This document shows positions 1-14,189 of a DNA stretch of 61,773 bases, in pieces. Below the pieces are notes generated by a model, which was not told the origin of the DNA, did not search any database, and was given only the letters and a program-made list of their open reading frames with translations. Positions within the stretch are counted from its first letter, which is position 1. Each line of letters begins with the position of its first letter. The DNA is from Octopus bimaculoides (taxonomy: Eukaryota). A program made the translations under genes and the position numbers. The stretch spans positions 2,706,146-2,767,918 of the forward strand of contig NC_068982.1 of the NCBI RefSeq assembly GCF_001194135.2. Reading direction: 5' to 3'.

Positions 1-8
<8 letters not shown>

Positions 9-66
<58 letters not shown>

Positions 67-95
67 AGAGAAAGTGAGGGAGAGGGAGAGAGAGA
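9..95. repeat. (AG)n microsatellite
   Basis: Direct reading of the sequence. Confidence 0.95.
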
Positions 96-1083
96 TTACT
101 TTTTTCAGTGCTCTATTAACATGCTCAGGCAGCATATGGAGGCTCGATTAATAGCACAGAAGTTAAAGCACTGTCGATACATAGAAAAGGCACCACACTT
201 AAACAGATTACACAGGCTACACACATAACAGACCGAGCCTCAAAAGTAAACACAAATGGAACAGCGATACACATCACCACACCATACCACATGACTAAAG
301 ACAGTAAGAATGAAAAGAGAAAGGGGAAATGAGAAAGAAAACGTAAATAATACACAGGGAACTACAGAGTAATATAGTAAATAGATAAATAGATAAATAT
401 ATAATTATATCCGTCACATACCTGTGATAAATATAAGACAGAGATAGATAAAATGAATAAATAAAAGTGCATAAAGGGCTGGGGTACACACACTCATGAA
501 ACATCGTGGACAACCATAACAATGTTAGCAACACATCTAACACGGTCAGCAGCATCAGCAGCAGCGGTGCCAACGATGGCAATAACAACAACAACTACCA
601 CGATGCCAACACCTTGGGCGAACAGACATACGCAGAGGAATGCAGGACCTGTACCATTCTTTTTTTCGAATCGTAAGACATCAGCAGCACAATAAGCTGA
701 GAGGATGGGGCTGAGCGGAAGGCCACACTGCTGCTAAAAACTATGACACACAGACAAGCATACGCATACACATACACATATAACAACATGCAGCCACGCA
801 CATAAACATACAAACAAGGACACAAACGTATGCGTAGATAAGGATACACATCTTAGAAGAACAGAATGGAGTAAATGGAGCAAGAACACACGCGAATACG
901 AAGAGTGTCACTGAAGAGGTCTCAGATGTGTGACAAAAGATTTGCGGACAATGGACATGAGTTAAATAATAAAATAAGGACAGTAATAAACGAGTGAAGT
1001 AAAAAAAATACAGTGCCTGTGTTTATTTGGCAAAAAAAAGAAAAGAACGACCATCTCGAAATACAACAATATATATATATATA

Positions 1084-1126
<43 letters not shown>

Positions 1127-1227
1127 NNNNNNNNNNNNNNNNNNNNNNNNNNNNNNNNNNNNNNNNNNNNNNNNNNNNNNNNNNNNNNNNNNNNNNNNNN
1201 NNNNNTATATATATATATATATATATA

Positions 1228-1410
1228 TGGCTGTATGGTAAGTTGCTTGCATATCAACCACATTGTTCCGAGTCCAGTCCCACTCCGTAGCACCTTGGCC
1301 AAGTGTTTTCTACTGCAGCCTCGGGCTGACCAAAGCCTTGTGGACTTTGTATATGTATATGTTTGTTTCTGTGTTTGTCCCCCACCGTCGCTACCAGTCC
1401 GCATTGCTTC
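1228..1410 (+). mobile_element. tRNA-headed SINE, family 1 (degenerate, truncated copy)
   Basis: tggctgtatggtaagttgcttgcatatcaaccacattgttccgagtccagtcccactccgtagcaccttggccaagtg aligns to the better copy at 17734; ends at an (AAT)n tract. Confidence 0.85.
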
Positions 1411-1415
1411 CCATG

Positions 1416-1472
1416 TAATAATAATAACAATAATAATAATAAAAATAATACTAATTATTATTATTATTATTA

Positions 1473-1540
<68 letters not shown>
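1416..1540. repeat. (AAT)n/(TAT)n tract; 3' tail and flank of the adjacent retrotransposon
   Basis: Direct reading; abuts the 3' end of the minus-strand element at 1538-1865. Confidence 0.9.
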
Positions 1541-1865
1541 TTATGTTTGACTTTTGCTTTGCATTTGTACAAGTTGGATCCAAGTCTCACCCAGAGACCT
1601 CAAGAGACAACAAATTAGAAGTTCATGTAGGTGTTATGCCTAGGGTACCATATATTTGAATTTGTACAGTGTTGTTCTAAATAATGTTTTAAAATTTGAG
1701 ATTACATAGACAGTATTTTACGTAGGATATGGGCAGTTCCCATGAGCACTATCTTTTGAACTTCAGCCATTTTGGGATTTCCTGGTATCTGAGCTAGGTA
1801 GTAATCAGCCCGTTTCGCTGTCATTCCCAGGGCACCTATGACAATAGGTAGTGTTTTCGTCTTCA
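1538..1865 (-). mobile_element. 3' end of R4/Dong-type non-LTR retrotransposon, family A
   Basis: Minus strand encodes TLPIVIGALGMTAKRADYYLAQIPGNPKMAEVQKIVLMGTAHILRKILSM* plus 3'UTR; nearly identical to 35138-35490; runs into the gap at 1866. Confidence 0.9.
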
Positions 1866-2590
1866 NNNNNNNNNNNNNNNNNNNNNNNNNNNNNNNNNNN
1901 NNNNNNNNNNNNNNNNNNNNNNNNNNNNNNNNNNNNNNNNNNNNNNNNNNNNNNNNNNNNNNNNNNNNNNNNNNNNNNNNNNNNNNNNNNNNNNNNNNNN
2001 NNNNNNNNNNNNNNNNNNNNNNNNNNNNNNNNNNNNNNNNNNNNNNNNNNNNNNNNNNNNNNNNNNNNNNNNNNNNNNNNNNNNNNNNNNNNNNNNNNNN
2101 NNNNNNNNNNNNNNNNNNNNNNNNNNNNNNNNNNNNNNNNNNNNNNNNNNNNNNNNNNNNNNNNNNNNNNNNNNNNNNNNNNNNNNNNNNNNNNNNNNNN
2201 NNNNNNNNNNNNNNNNNNNNNNNNNNNNNNNNNNNNNNNNNNNNNNNNNNNNNNNNNNNNNNNNNNNNNNNNNNNNNNNNNNNNNNNNNNNNNNNNNNNN
2301 NNNNNNNNNNNNNNNNNNNNNNNNNNNNNNNNNNNNNNNNNNNNNNNNNNNNNNNNNNNNNNNNNNNNNNNNNNNNNNNNNNNNNNNNNNNNNNNNNNNN
2401 NNNNNNNNNNNNNNNNNNNNNNNNNNNNNNNNNNNNNNNNNNNNNNNNNNNNNNNNNNNNNNNNNNNNNNNNNNNNNNNNNNNNNNNNNNNNNNNNNNNN
2501 NNNNNNNNNNNNNNNNNNNNNNNNNNNNNNNNNNNNNNNNNNNNNNNNNNNNNNNNNNNNNNNNNNNNNNNNNNNNNNNNNNNNNNNNNN

Positions 2591-2878
<288 letters not shown>

Positions 2879-4949
2879 TGACAATAATGACACAAGGACA
2901 ACAACGGCAACAACAATATTCATGCTGACTTTCTGCTGAAATTAAAATAATTGATTATAATATCTCAGGATGTTCTCTGCTTGCCTCAAATGAACATATT
3001 CATCGTCATGATGGAGTTGGCCAATATTTGCACTCGATCATACTCCGTAAGCCTGGACTTCCGTGTGAGAGGTGGCGAAAGCACGTGTATCCATGTTAGT
3101 ATTGTTGTTGGTTTTTTTCTGGTCATTTGACAGTTCTTTTATAAGGTTTTGTATAACGGCACACGTTCCTGTGAACGGTTATTCTCTTTTCAATAACTAT
3201 ACATGCTGCTTTGTTTTTCCGTTTAGCTGCGACAGCGCTAACGTTCTATTGAATCATTTTGATTGGACAATTTTGAGTGATTGAAATTACAAAAAACAAT
3301 ATATTACCAAAAATAAATAAATAAATGAATAAACATGGCTAAGTCCACCATTGAAAGAGAAGCTCCGCTGTGCGTCACACAATGCGACAGTTACTGTTAT
3401 ATACCATTTGATTTGTAAAAAGAAATTCACAAACGTTGGGAAAATCAACAGCTCTCTCGCGCTGTCAGTGGCACAATTTGCTGTAATGTGTTCATGGAGT
3501 GACCACATATGGAGCAACCAAATATAAGTCAACGTTTGCTTTTAATCAATTGAAAAACATCTGACTATATTTGGGTCTATTATCACTGACGAGATGACCT
3601 ACAAATTCCTTTCATTCTAAATATGATATCAGCCGCATCATATCTATGTCAGAGAAGGGAAAATGATAAAATTTACATTAATCTCCTCGAACTAGTTTCG
3701 TTTATTTAAACATTTAACTCATTCATTTTCGCACACTGTTCAGAAAAAAAGGAACATTTCTTATTTACTAAATATTTTGTTCATATATTAACTGCCTTGA
3801 CAACTTAAGTGAAGACATTACTACTGGTTTATTGAAGACTTGTTTCGAATCATTGATGTAAACCGCTGCCTTCTTTTCCACAAGAATGAATCCATGAGCA
3901 TAATCATGTATGAGGTACGGAAGTTACAGAACTTACCAATATCACTATAACTGCATATGGTATAAAATCGATTTAACTGCCATTCGTCAGTATATATTAT
4001 TGCTCATTAATTTAAAGTGAGTGATATTTATCCAGATAGCTGGACATTGTCATTTATATCATACGTTTACATAATGAAATCGAGATGCACAATGGATATA
4101 TATTTTCCATGTCCAATGCAAATTTCTTATCCTTTATTCACTTTGTAGATATTCACGGATTACTGTTGCTGCCAATATTAACGGAAAGTACCATTTAAAT
4201 ATTTGTCGGCTTATTTTAGTCATCAATAAATTTGACATGATTTATAGTATCGACGGCAATTTTGTATTTGCTAATGTACACACGCCATGGTAGAATCCTG
4301 TATCTTATACAAAAATGTATATAAAAAGTCTCATGTGTTTGTCAGAATATAGTTCATTCTGAACAATATATGAACAATACTTGTTCATATTCCCTGGCTT
4401 TAAACTAATGCATTCGATATAAACTGATAAAAATTGGAAGCGTTATTTTATAACTAGCCTTGTTAGTAATATATTTGTATCATTATTGTTAGTTTAACAT
4501 TGCATTAATATCTGAGAATGTTGATAACTATTGAGTTGATTGTCGGTAAGATGCATAAATTATTCTTCATTTGAACATCGTTATATTCTTGAAAGGTGGA
4601 TATGTATATGAATGGCAGAAACGGATGGATTCGGGAAAATTTTATTCCGTTTTTCAGTATAAATCTTGTTTCTGCAATCAAATATTGCGACTCTTGAATT
4701 TTACATTTCCACGTGTTCGTTTTACTTCACCAGCCAATACTCTACTATACAAATACTATTCCAAAGACAGATTCCATACTGTAATCAGGTGCCGTATATG
4801 TCTTAAAGCAACGGTTGTCCTACCTGTTGAACAAACAGAAAACATCAAGCATATCTTTTGAATCTGTTATTTCATTGATTCTTGCAACAAAATATCGAAA
4901 GTTGATAAAGGAAAACGTCTTTTCTTAACTTTGAGAATTTTTATGACAT

Positions 4950-5420
4950 GTGATGATTATGATGATGATGATGATAGTGGTGGTGGTGTTTGTGGCGGTG
5001 GTCATGGTGGCGATGTTGCTTATATTGGTAGTGGTGGTGATGACGATGATGACGGTGGTGATGGTGATGGGGTGAAGATGATGATAATGATGATGGTGAT
5101 GGTGATAATGTTGGTGGTGATGGTGATGGTTGTCATGGTGGTTGTGGTGGTGGTTGTTGTAGTGGTGGTGATGACGATAAGGATGACGGTGAAAGTGGTA
5201 GTGATGATGATGATGATGATTATGATGAAAATAGTGATGACGTGGGCGTCCTGGATAATTATCGGATGATAGTGATGAAGAGGAAAAACCATAATGATCC
5301 TCATATTTATAATCATATTGAAGATGAAGGAGATAATTCTTCGTTTGATTATCGCCAACACCACCACCACCTCCACCATCAAAGGCATCACCTGTTAACA
5401 TCATCATCATCATCACCATG
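4950..5420. repeat. Compound (GAT)/(GGT) then (CAC)/(CAT) trinucleotide low-complexity region
   Basis: Direct reading; produces spurious His/Asp/Val/Met-rich ORFs. Confidence 0.9.
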
Positions 5421-5612
5421 TACATCCTGACCAAAATCATCAAACGTCCTCAAAAAGTGATAACAAACATGGTGATGCCAAAAAGCAGGTATGGCACTGA
5501 TTACAGTGAAAATTGGATATAAAATTACGCACAGCGCACATATATGTATATGTGTGGGCTGTGGGTGTGGGTGCGTTTCTCTGTGTGTACGTATGAGTGA
5601 GTGTGTGCAAAA

Positions 5613-5649
<37 letters not shown>

Positions 5650-5799
5650 CGAGAATATATATGAACATGTATATGTGAGTTCGTCTGAAATGCTAGCATG
5701 ATTAAAAGCTACGAAACATATGTAGAAATAGTCAGAGACATTTTGTTACCACGGTATAAATATTTATATTATAGTTTGACATAAGGCCAGTAATACCGG

Positions 5800-5935
5800 G
5801 AGAAGGGTTACATAGATTATATCGACCCAAGTGTTCAACAGGTACTAGCTTTATCGACCCAGAAAGTCGACCAAAGCAGAATTCGAACGCAAGATATTAA
5901 AATATGACAAAATGTTGCTACTCGTTTTGCCCCGC
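5800..5935 (-). mobile_element. Degenerate SINE related to family 2
   Basis: gattatatcgacccaagtg...ggtactagctttatcgacccagaaag resembles the reverse complement of the family 2 body (cf. 54650-54720). Confidence 0.55.
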
Positions 5936-6739
5936 TTGTCATTTATAGGTTTTTATATATACTAGCAAACGCACCCGTCCTTTGGACGGTTTAAGTTTAT
6001 TTGGTAGTATTTTTTCACCAAATAATTGAAGTACCTAGAAGGTTTATGAGTAGGACGGCAATCTATGTTTCCGATTGACCTAGGAACGGAAAATCAAATT
6101 GAAAGCTTGTTCTTGTGGAGGTCGTTGCAATTTAATGATCATAGAACATATATGTTTGCAAGCAAAGCAAAGTAGAGCTACTGAAGTGTTGTGGGAGTAG
6201 ATTACGGATAATGACTACAAAATATAGTTGTTTTACAGCCACATGTACGCACATAAACCTATTACACACACCACACACAGCACATACGTACATGCACATA
6301 TATACACACGCATGCACGTATGCACACATACACACAAGCACATACAGACACACGCAGACACGCGCGCGTGCGCGCGCACGCAGGGAAGCACATAAAAAGA
6401 CACACATCCCCACACGAATATACGAACACATCTGAATACAGAGAAAGACAGTGGGAGAGTCAGAGTGAAACAGGGTGTGAAACAGGGTGTGAAACGGTGT
6501 GAAACACACACACACGCCCATACACATGTCCACACACACACACGTACATACATTCCCAACCCGTCTACGTCCCCATACCAACACACCCACGCACGCATAC
6601 ACACACTCACACCCAACCTCACCCATTTACACGACTTTCAGACTGCCTTTCAAACACCCGAATACTGACCATCCCATCGACATTTCGATTCTGGCCGCTT
6701 GGTAATGCATAATGCTTTTTCGTATTGTACTAAATCTTT

Positions 6740-6870
6740 TATATTTTCTCTCTCTGTTTATTTCTGCGTTCCTTTCTATTGAAGAGCGTAGGCTCGAAAC
6801 GTAAAAGACATTCTCACTTCCCGAGCGTTAAACTAATACATCTGTTTGTTGTTTAACAGCCGTCTTCGTC
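6740..6870 (+). mobile_element. Interspersed repeat carrying a hammerhead-like motif (Penelope-like pseudo-LTR remnant, inferred)
   Basis: tttctctctctgtttattt...gttcctttct.ttgaagagcgtaggctcgaaacgt.aaagac...gcgttaa.ctaata recurs at 53340-53434. Confidence 0.6.
6772..6807 (+). ncRNA. Minimal type I hammerhead-ribozyme-like motif (variant core)
   Basis: cttt-CTATTGA-A-GAG cgtagg CTC-GAAA-CGT-A-aaag: stem I CTTT/AAAG, stem II GAG/CTC, palindromic ACGT stem III, GUA cleavage triplet. Core deviates from CUGANGA. Confidence 0.5.
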
Positions 6871-7149
6871 TTTAAGCCACCAGACTTATAATAAACAATG
6901 AGCAGCTTGCTTACGTCTACTTAAGCTTGATTTGTTCTAACCTTGCTTAGCTCCCTTGTGTCTTCTTTCTTCTTGTCGTATTGCGTATCAGCTTCTATTC
7001 TTCAAGCTTCAACTGCTCAAAACACAGCTGACAAACAATTTTGTTCTCATTGAACAAAGGCTAATGCTTAAATATTGAGTTTTCCATCGAAAATATTCCG
7101 CAAAGTATGTCTTAATTTTCAGAATACACTTCGTGGATGCACTGTACCA

Positions 7150-7700
7150 CTCGAATTAATTTGCCGAATCACTTTCCTCGCGTTATCTCTCCTGTCCTAT
7201 CTGTTCTTTTTGTATTAACCATTTATCTCTTTTTTGAAAAGGCGTTCAGGTCCAGAATCTGTATTATATATCCTTTTGTGTTGTTTAACCAAATTTATTC
7301 TGGCATCCACACATAACTGCTTGTGTTTGGCACCAAAGATTTCCAGAATTATTTCATAAATATATTTCAGTTTCATTGCTCGCAATAGACGTATGAGATT
7401 TAGGTGAGACGCCCTCCCAGCTTTCATTGACAGCCTTGTGTTAGTCACCTCGAGATAATATTTTACTTAATATTTTACATATTTCTGACGACAGAATTGA
7501 TGAATTACAAAGTGTGCATCCAACCAAACATTTTTCTTCCCATTTGCATTCGTTCTTTATTAAGCTTTTGTACATTGAATTTCAAGCCAATAACCATCAA
7601 CAGAAAAGGAATTTTGAAATGGTAAATTGCATTATCCTATCAATATCCAGGGCCTGCGGTTTGGTCTTGGATGTCTTCATCTTTAACAACATAAAATAAA
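7150..7700 (-). mobile_element. Possible highly decayed CR1-group LINE RT C-terminal remnant
   Basis: Manual minus-strand translation with stops gives IGLKFNVQK, GRKMFGWM and FWKSLVP..SYVW, loosely like the CR1-type RT C-terminus at 28.1-28.5 kb. Confidence 0.3.
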
Positions 7701-9689
7701 CTCAGTGTTTGAAAATTTCATTTGCACAATCTGTGATGAAAATTATAATCGATGGTTTTGTCGCAGCGCGTAGAGAGCAGATGCATATCCGTGTGTCATA
7801 TCAACTGCAAACAACCGAACGCTCTTCATTTACTGACTTGGCTCTCCATACTCTGCCGTTCACAGACAATGAATTTGGGTGAACATTTCTTGCCAGAATA
7901 TACAAACTTGTAGCTAATATGAGAATGTTCATAATTGTGCACATCTCCTTAGAGACATGGACGCGTATTGCATTGGTTGAGTACTCTATTACGACTTTTC
8001 ATTTGCTGAACGCTATATAAAGAAGACTGGACAAGTGTCACAAATCTAGTATTGTGTTGGGAATGTGGGGAATTTTAGAAGCGTTCTTACATTCACAGAA
8101 TTTCGTGGTTTGGAAATATATATGTTAAGGTACATTACGATGGATATCTACAGGACGAAAACATTGGAAAAAATATTGATGATATGGGCTAGTCCGCGAG
8201 CTCACTATTTCAAGGACATGAAAGTAAGGGATGTTAGGCTATTTGCGTGAATTTTCATCTGTATTGTGAAGTTCATCTGTACATATGAAGTTCAGAGATG
8301 GGCATGTTTAAGTGAAATATTTGAATGTTTACAGAAGAAATGAATGTAAATCGAACAACAAATATTGAACAAGTGCTACAATATATCTAGGGAAGGTTCT
8401 ACAGTCAAGCTGATATAATCAATATACTAACTAGGTTCCATATTTAACTCACTTTCTTAGTCTTGTACAAACGGGAGTAGCGGGATATGATATGCTGTCT
8501 ACAATACGAGGCTACTAACAAGTATACAGGAGTGTAGAACTTTAAAAATTTTAAATATCAATTATCTGGCTACGATTACATTTTATATGTTTAATGGATT
8601 TCCTTTACAGTCTTGTTATACAGAATAAAGGAAGTTTGACTAATAATATACAGAATCAAAGGAGGCTAAATTCCTTTTATCAGTATTTAATTCGCAAATC
8701 ACGGAATTCAAAATCTCTTCGGTATACATTATTTGTTCATAATATTATAAAGAAAGCACTTAAAGCCAAAAAATGCATTTTATATTCTATATTTCCGAAC
8801 AATTGTGCTCTCTTTTATTTCGTTTTACGTCACCACTACCATAAAATAACTTTTATATTATAAAAGACAGATGCAAAAAAAGTTAAATTCATAAAGAGAT
8901 CACAGTAATTTGGGCCAAAGTATAAATTATCTGCTGCAATTCATTTAATAATTGTATAATAATTTAATAATCTTTAGGAACCATTTTACAAATCAGATAG
9001 TTGATAAAGAACACAAAATTTAAGCAAGGTATATGCCAGTAACAGGAACAATAATACGAAAATATTACAAAACGTGTCGAGAAATATAAATACTAAACAG
9101 TAAAAGCTTTTGTAATGTGAATGCCGAGAGATATTCTTAATCATGCCAAAACGAAGACGACTGCAAAAAACAGCTCAACTGCCCTGTATTGACAGAACAG
9201 AGATGGAATCTTTTGCCAACAAAATGCCATAAGGTTAATTGAGGTGCAACTGATTTGCACACATTTTTATAGATAGAATTTGCGAATACGTACATCCATG
9301 AAATGTAAATCTGCTGGAACATATTTTACATTAAAAGGACTTCTTGGATTATTCGGTAAGCAGTAATATCTATTTATGTGACACGGAAACATTAACCTAA
9401 ATGGAAAGAAGCAAATAAATACAGATTTCAGTAGCAATATTCTCAATTTCTTGCTGAAATAATACTTTAAAGTTATTGAAGGGTAACATATATTACAATA
9501 ATATAAACATATATATATCAATGGCAGTTGATAAATTTATTTATATCTATTCATCAGCTGGAGAGTTAGACAGAAGAGTTAGACAGAAGAGTCAAACAGT
9601 ACGCACCTCAGACATTATTAGAGGAATGCAATTTCAGCTACAGGAATCCTTCAATAACATATAGAATCGAAGATGGGAAGTAATAAATT

Positions 9690-9692
<3 letters not shown>

Positions 9693-9778
<86 letters not shown>

Positions 9779-9812
9779 ACACACACACACACATACACAC
9801 GCACATATATAT
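9693..9812. repeat. (CA)n microsatellite
   Basis: Direct reading. Confidence 0.95.
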
Positions 9813-10618
9813 ATATGTTATGATTTATCAACTTCCCATCTCCGATGGGATATATATATTTATATAATATGTATTATATATATATATGTACATATATATA
9901 TATGTGTGTATGCCAGAACATATTTTATATTAACACAAATTCTTGGATGTCTTCGGTAAGCAGGAATGTATATTTCTGTGACACGGAAACAGTAACACAA
10001 CAGTCAAGAAACAAATAAATAAATTCTACTATATTAAATAAGTTTTCCAACGCTATTTATTCATGCATTCACAGATATGACTACTTCCACAAGATTCCGT
10101 AAGTCCGAATGTCCTCATGGAATAGCCTCAGTAATTTCAGTCGCACAATTTAATATCTTATTACCTGTAACAATATATTACCGAATATAAATTTCAATAA
10201 ATTCTCTTAGCAGCGTAGTTTATATTCCCATCAGCCCTCATAAAGACCTCCGTTATTTGCATACATTATGCTATCTAAGCTCCCGATTGACTCCTACCTT
10301 GGCGATGCACTGAATGCATGTCTACCGTGAATATCATTTATTTTTACTGACGAAATAGACGTTCTCAGAAAATGGATTTCAAGATACATTCTTTACCCGG
10401 AAGAATGAACCGCAGAAACAGTCGTTGGAACATTATCATCTAAAATTGTAACCCGAAACCTTATTAGACGCCCATTGTTAACTTTTCACTATCTTTTCTA
10501 ACCTTTCAAAAACGTTCTGATCTCTATTCTTTTCTTTCACTATGTTATCACTCTTTCAACACTCGTATTTATATACTTATACATCTATATATATTTTTTT
10601 AATGTTCCTATATTTTAC

Positions 10619-10700
10619 GGCGGCGAGCTGGCAGAAGCGTTAGCACGCCGGGGCGAAATGCTTAGCGGTATTTCGTCTGCCGTTATGTTCTGAGTTCAAG
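10619..10700 (+). mobile_element. SINE family 2, 5' part only
   Basis: ggcggcgagctggcagaagcgttagcacgccggggcgaaatgcttagcggtatttcgtctgccgttatgttctgagttcaa matches 23590 and 21168. Confidence 0.9.
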
Positions 10701-12489
10701 CTGCTCCATAGTGATGAAAGGCAATTACCCTGAAACTAGTCTCTGGATGCTAGGTTTGTCGGGTAGAGGTGTTTATCTCCCCTATTTGAAAACTTAAGAA
10801 CACACCACCCGTGTGTCACGTAGCCAACTAGGAACGGTGTTTTTTTTTGGGGGGGGGAGCTAAATAGTTGTAGCATTCTTTCCTTTCCTGGGACTGTCAC
10901 ATAAAGTTGGTAACAAGCCATCACTTTTACGTGCTACTACTGCATAACTCTCTCTGAGAGATTTAGAAATGCAATACTTCTAATTATATACGTGTGTGTG
11001 TGTGTGTGTGCGTGTGTGCGTGAGTGTATTTACTCGTATATATAAGAACACGTTATTCCATTGTTTATGTACGGTGACAAGTAGCGGTGCAGAAACCGAT
11101 ATTTTGCCGAAATATTTTAACTTACAAATCGATGAAAGTGGATATCTGCGCGCAGTTGCATACAGATGGATACATAGATCGATAGATATATTTCCGAGCA
11201 CATGCCTAAGACACTTTTACGCCTACTTAGATGTATTTACTTATATACACATGCATCCATTTAAACCCTGCCGCGTACATACATTCACACACATATTTCA
11301 CTGAGGAAAAGAAAAAAAATATCTGCAGATTCAGAAATGTTTAAAATGATCGAAAACACTAACAAGTACTTATTTTCTTTCTTTCTTTCTTACTTTCTTT
11401 CTTCCTTACTTTCTTTGTTTCTTTCTTTCTATCTTTCTTTATTTATTTATTTAATTTATTTATTTTTATTTGGCATGTAACTGATCAGGTACAAGATATA
11501 GACTTAAGATACAAATATTTGATGTTAGTAGCATTCTGGTCAGAGATGCTCTTTTACGTTCCGCTCTACAATCTTCAAAGAGGAGGGTATCACTTATAGA
11601 TGATTATTTAATAAGCTGCAAATTATAGTCAATTTCCAGTTTCATCAACTCTGCACTACGATAAAATTTAAGGGTGAGTATTATAAAAAGTAGCCGTAGA
11701 TTAGCGGCAGGATGATGCCATGATTACAGCTTGGAATACTTCAGCCAATCGGCCAGCAACAGAGAGGCCCAGCTGGTAGCTAAGATCAAGAAGATGTTTG
11801 GAGGAACTCAGTGAGGAACGAACTCTCCAGCTTACAGAGCTATCTAGAGGTCGTGATGGAAGCTGAGTGCAGTTTTATGTAAACTTTTATCTCCCAGCGA
11901 TAATCTACTTGCTATTTTTTTTTACTTTTAAAAGTTTTCTCACGACCACAGCTTCGGTAGAGTTAAACAAAGTTCAACAATAAGAAGAGATGATGGATAC
12001 AAAGGCAAATATGCTATTTCATTGAATTCGGAAGTTTTGAATATGAACATAGTCTTGATGTTTTTATGCTCTTAAACACCGGTTTACTGCTAAAAGATAA
12101 CATGCTACCAATGTATCCGACGAAAAATTTCTGCGCCTCAATGCCTTCGGCTTCAGCAGTTTAATCTTACACATTTATGTGTTGATAAAAGTTATTTTTG
12201 TTTCGTATATTTTATTGCATTAGTATTCGCACCGGTTTGCGTACAACGTGTTATCGTATCAAACAATCGCCATGTATTATCTTCGCCAAATCTAGTTATG
12301 CTTACATTTATGTAACAACTTTGATAAATTATAGAAATTATGTAATGCCATATATACGTTCATGACAACCTTTTGTGTCTGTACATATGTGTATGAGTGT
12401 TTCTATGTGTGTGCACCGTAATGGTATGGGGAAGTGCGCGCATACACTCGCGCGCACACACACGCACAATAATATATATATATAATAGG

Positions 12490-12760
12490 ACGAGAACGTA
12501 CCGGGCTCATGAAATTAACGTGTAAGCGGCTGAGACACTCCACAGATACGCATACCCTTAATACAAGAGATGCAGTGTGACACAGAACTTGACAGGGCTG
12601 GGCCTTTCAACTACAGGTACAACACATTTTTGCCAGCAACGAGCACTGGAGAAACGAGAAATAGAGCGTCTTGCCCAAGGACACAACGAGTTGCCGAGAA
12701 TTGAAATCACGAGCCTGTGGTCGTGAGCCGAATACCGTAACCATTAAGCCATTAGCATTC
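12490..12760 (-). mobile_element. SINE family 3 (tRNA head, CORE-like domain, body type a)
   Basis: Reverse complement aligns with 36255-36580 (head, gtgtccttgggcaagac, body cacgttaatttc). Confidence 0.8.
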
Positions 12761-14189
12761 GCTGAAAAAAATTTGTTTTTCCTTTCTTGTATCAGAGGCG
12801 TGGTTTTGTTAAATTGCCAAATATGTCGTAAAATAACACTCGGAGTCTCTATATTGGCACAAAGTTATGCATACAAATTCCCACATGCACGCACGCACAC
12901 CACACACACACACGCGCACACGCGCGCGCACACACACAGAAGGTTTTAAAAAGTAGACAGACTGAGGTATACACATAATTTCACGTGTGTGTTTAAATGT
13001 ATACCTGAGGTAGACATTTACTCGTCCATGTGACTCTGCTGTTCGTTACTGTTTATGTGAAAGCTAGGCATATAATCATTTCTGCAATTATTATTTTTCG
13101 GAGCACGATGCTCTTCCTATTCTTGTGCCAAAAGATTCTAAAAAACTATAATTATGTTATAGAGTTACCGCTGTAGATAACCGGTATTTTTATTGAATGT
13201 TGATTGAAAGAGAGTGAAACTGTTTTACGTATAGCGAATGTGTAGTCGCTTCTACCGGTTTTTTCTTTTATCTTGAAGATTGCTTCAGGTGCGTCAGCAA
13301 AAAGTTTCTTTATTAAATTATTGCATTCTGTAAAATGGATGCGCGAAGATCTTTTTGTTGATATTACAATTCCATTGATCAATAATTACTTACTTTTTAT
13401 ATTATGAATTAGGGACATAAAAATATTTGATGATATGTTTAATCGAATTGAAACTTATCAGGATATGATGAAAATGATAAGTTAAAATAGAGGAAGAATG
13501 AGCGATAGTGAATGCAACGAAATGTGACAAATAAATTAAGAAATATCAGATAACTTAAAGAATTAAGGGCAGCACATTTTCAGATATTCACTAGGTCTTA
13601 GGCTCTATATATTTAACATTTCAATACATTATGTGAGAAGAGGATAAAGTATTGAAATTCTCTGCATTATGCGATTAATGTTCATGTAACAATTTTGCGA
13701 CTTAAACTGTTATAGAAAAGGTCCACAGAAACTGCTTTCATTCAATTTAATATAATCTAAGGCAATTTCAAAATGAAATGATCACAGTATCAATATGTAT
13801 CATGAAAACTATAGAACATTCCTTTTTTACTATACAGAGCTCTTGAATTTATATCGTTCCTGTCTCAAATTTTCTCCTGTTCTTTCACTGTAAATAAAGT
13901 TAAAGTACTAAATATGTGAGAGACGTATAGGAAATCTAAGTATTTTATCTATATCATTAATTTGAATGACACAACTACAGGGATGAAGTTTTCGGATTAA
14001 AAGAATTAATTGATCTTTGACGGATCAGGAGGAGCGTATGCTACTCGATTCCAAGTAGATGTGTACGACTTTTGATTGTCACTTGGCTTAACACTTTGGG
14101 ATGGACGGTAGGCTGGGGACCTTTTGGGCTTTACCGGACATTTTGATAGCCTGCCACAGCTCTCAACTGGGGCTTCGCACTTCCACAAA

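Noticed and set aside
4925-5443. His-rich and Asp/Gly/Val-rich ORFs and loose inverted symmetry
   Set aside because: Fully explained by compound trinucleotide repeats; no splice or domain support.
5958-5995. actagc...ccgtcc-ttt-ggacgg hairpin resembling a Helitron/HINE terminus
   Set aside because: The other end could not be located.
6465-6505. (AACAGGGTGTGA)-type short tandem; also a 24-bp direct repeat at ~40556/40599 and a 13-bp duplication at ~9564
   Set aside because: Ordinary local slippage duplications; no spacer structure, so not CRISPR-like.
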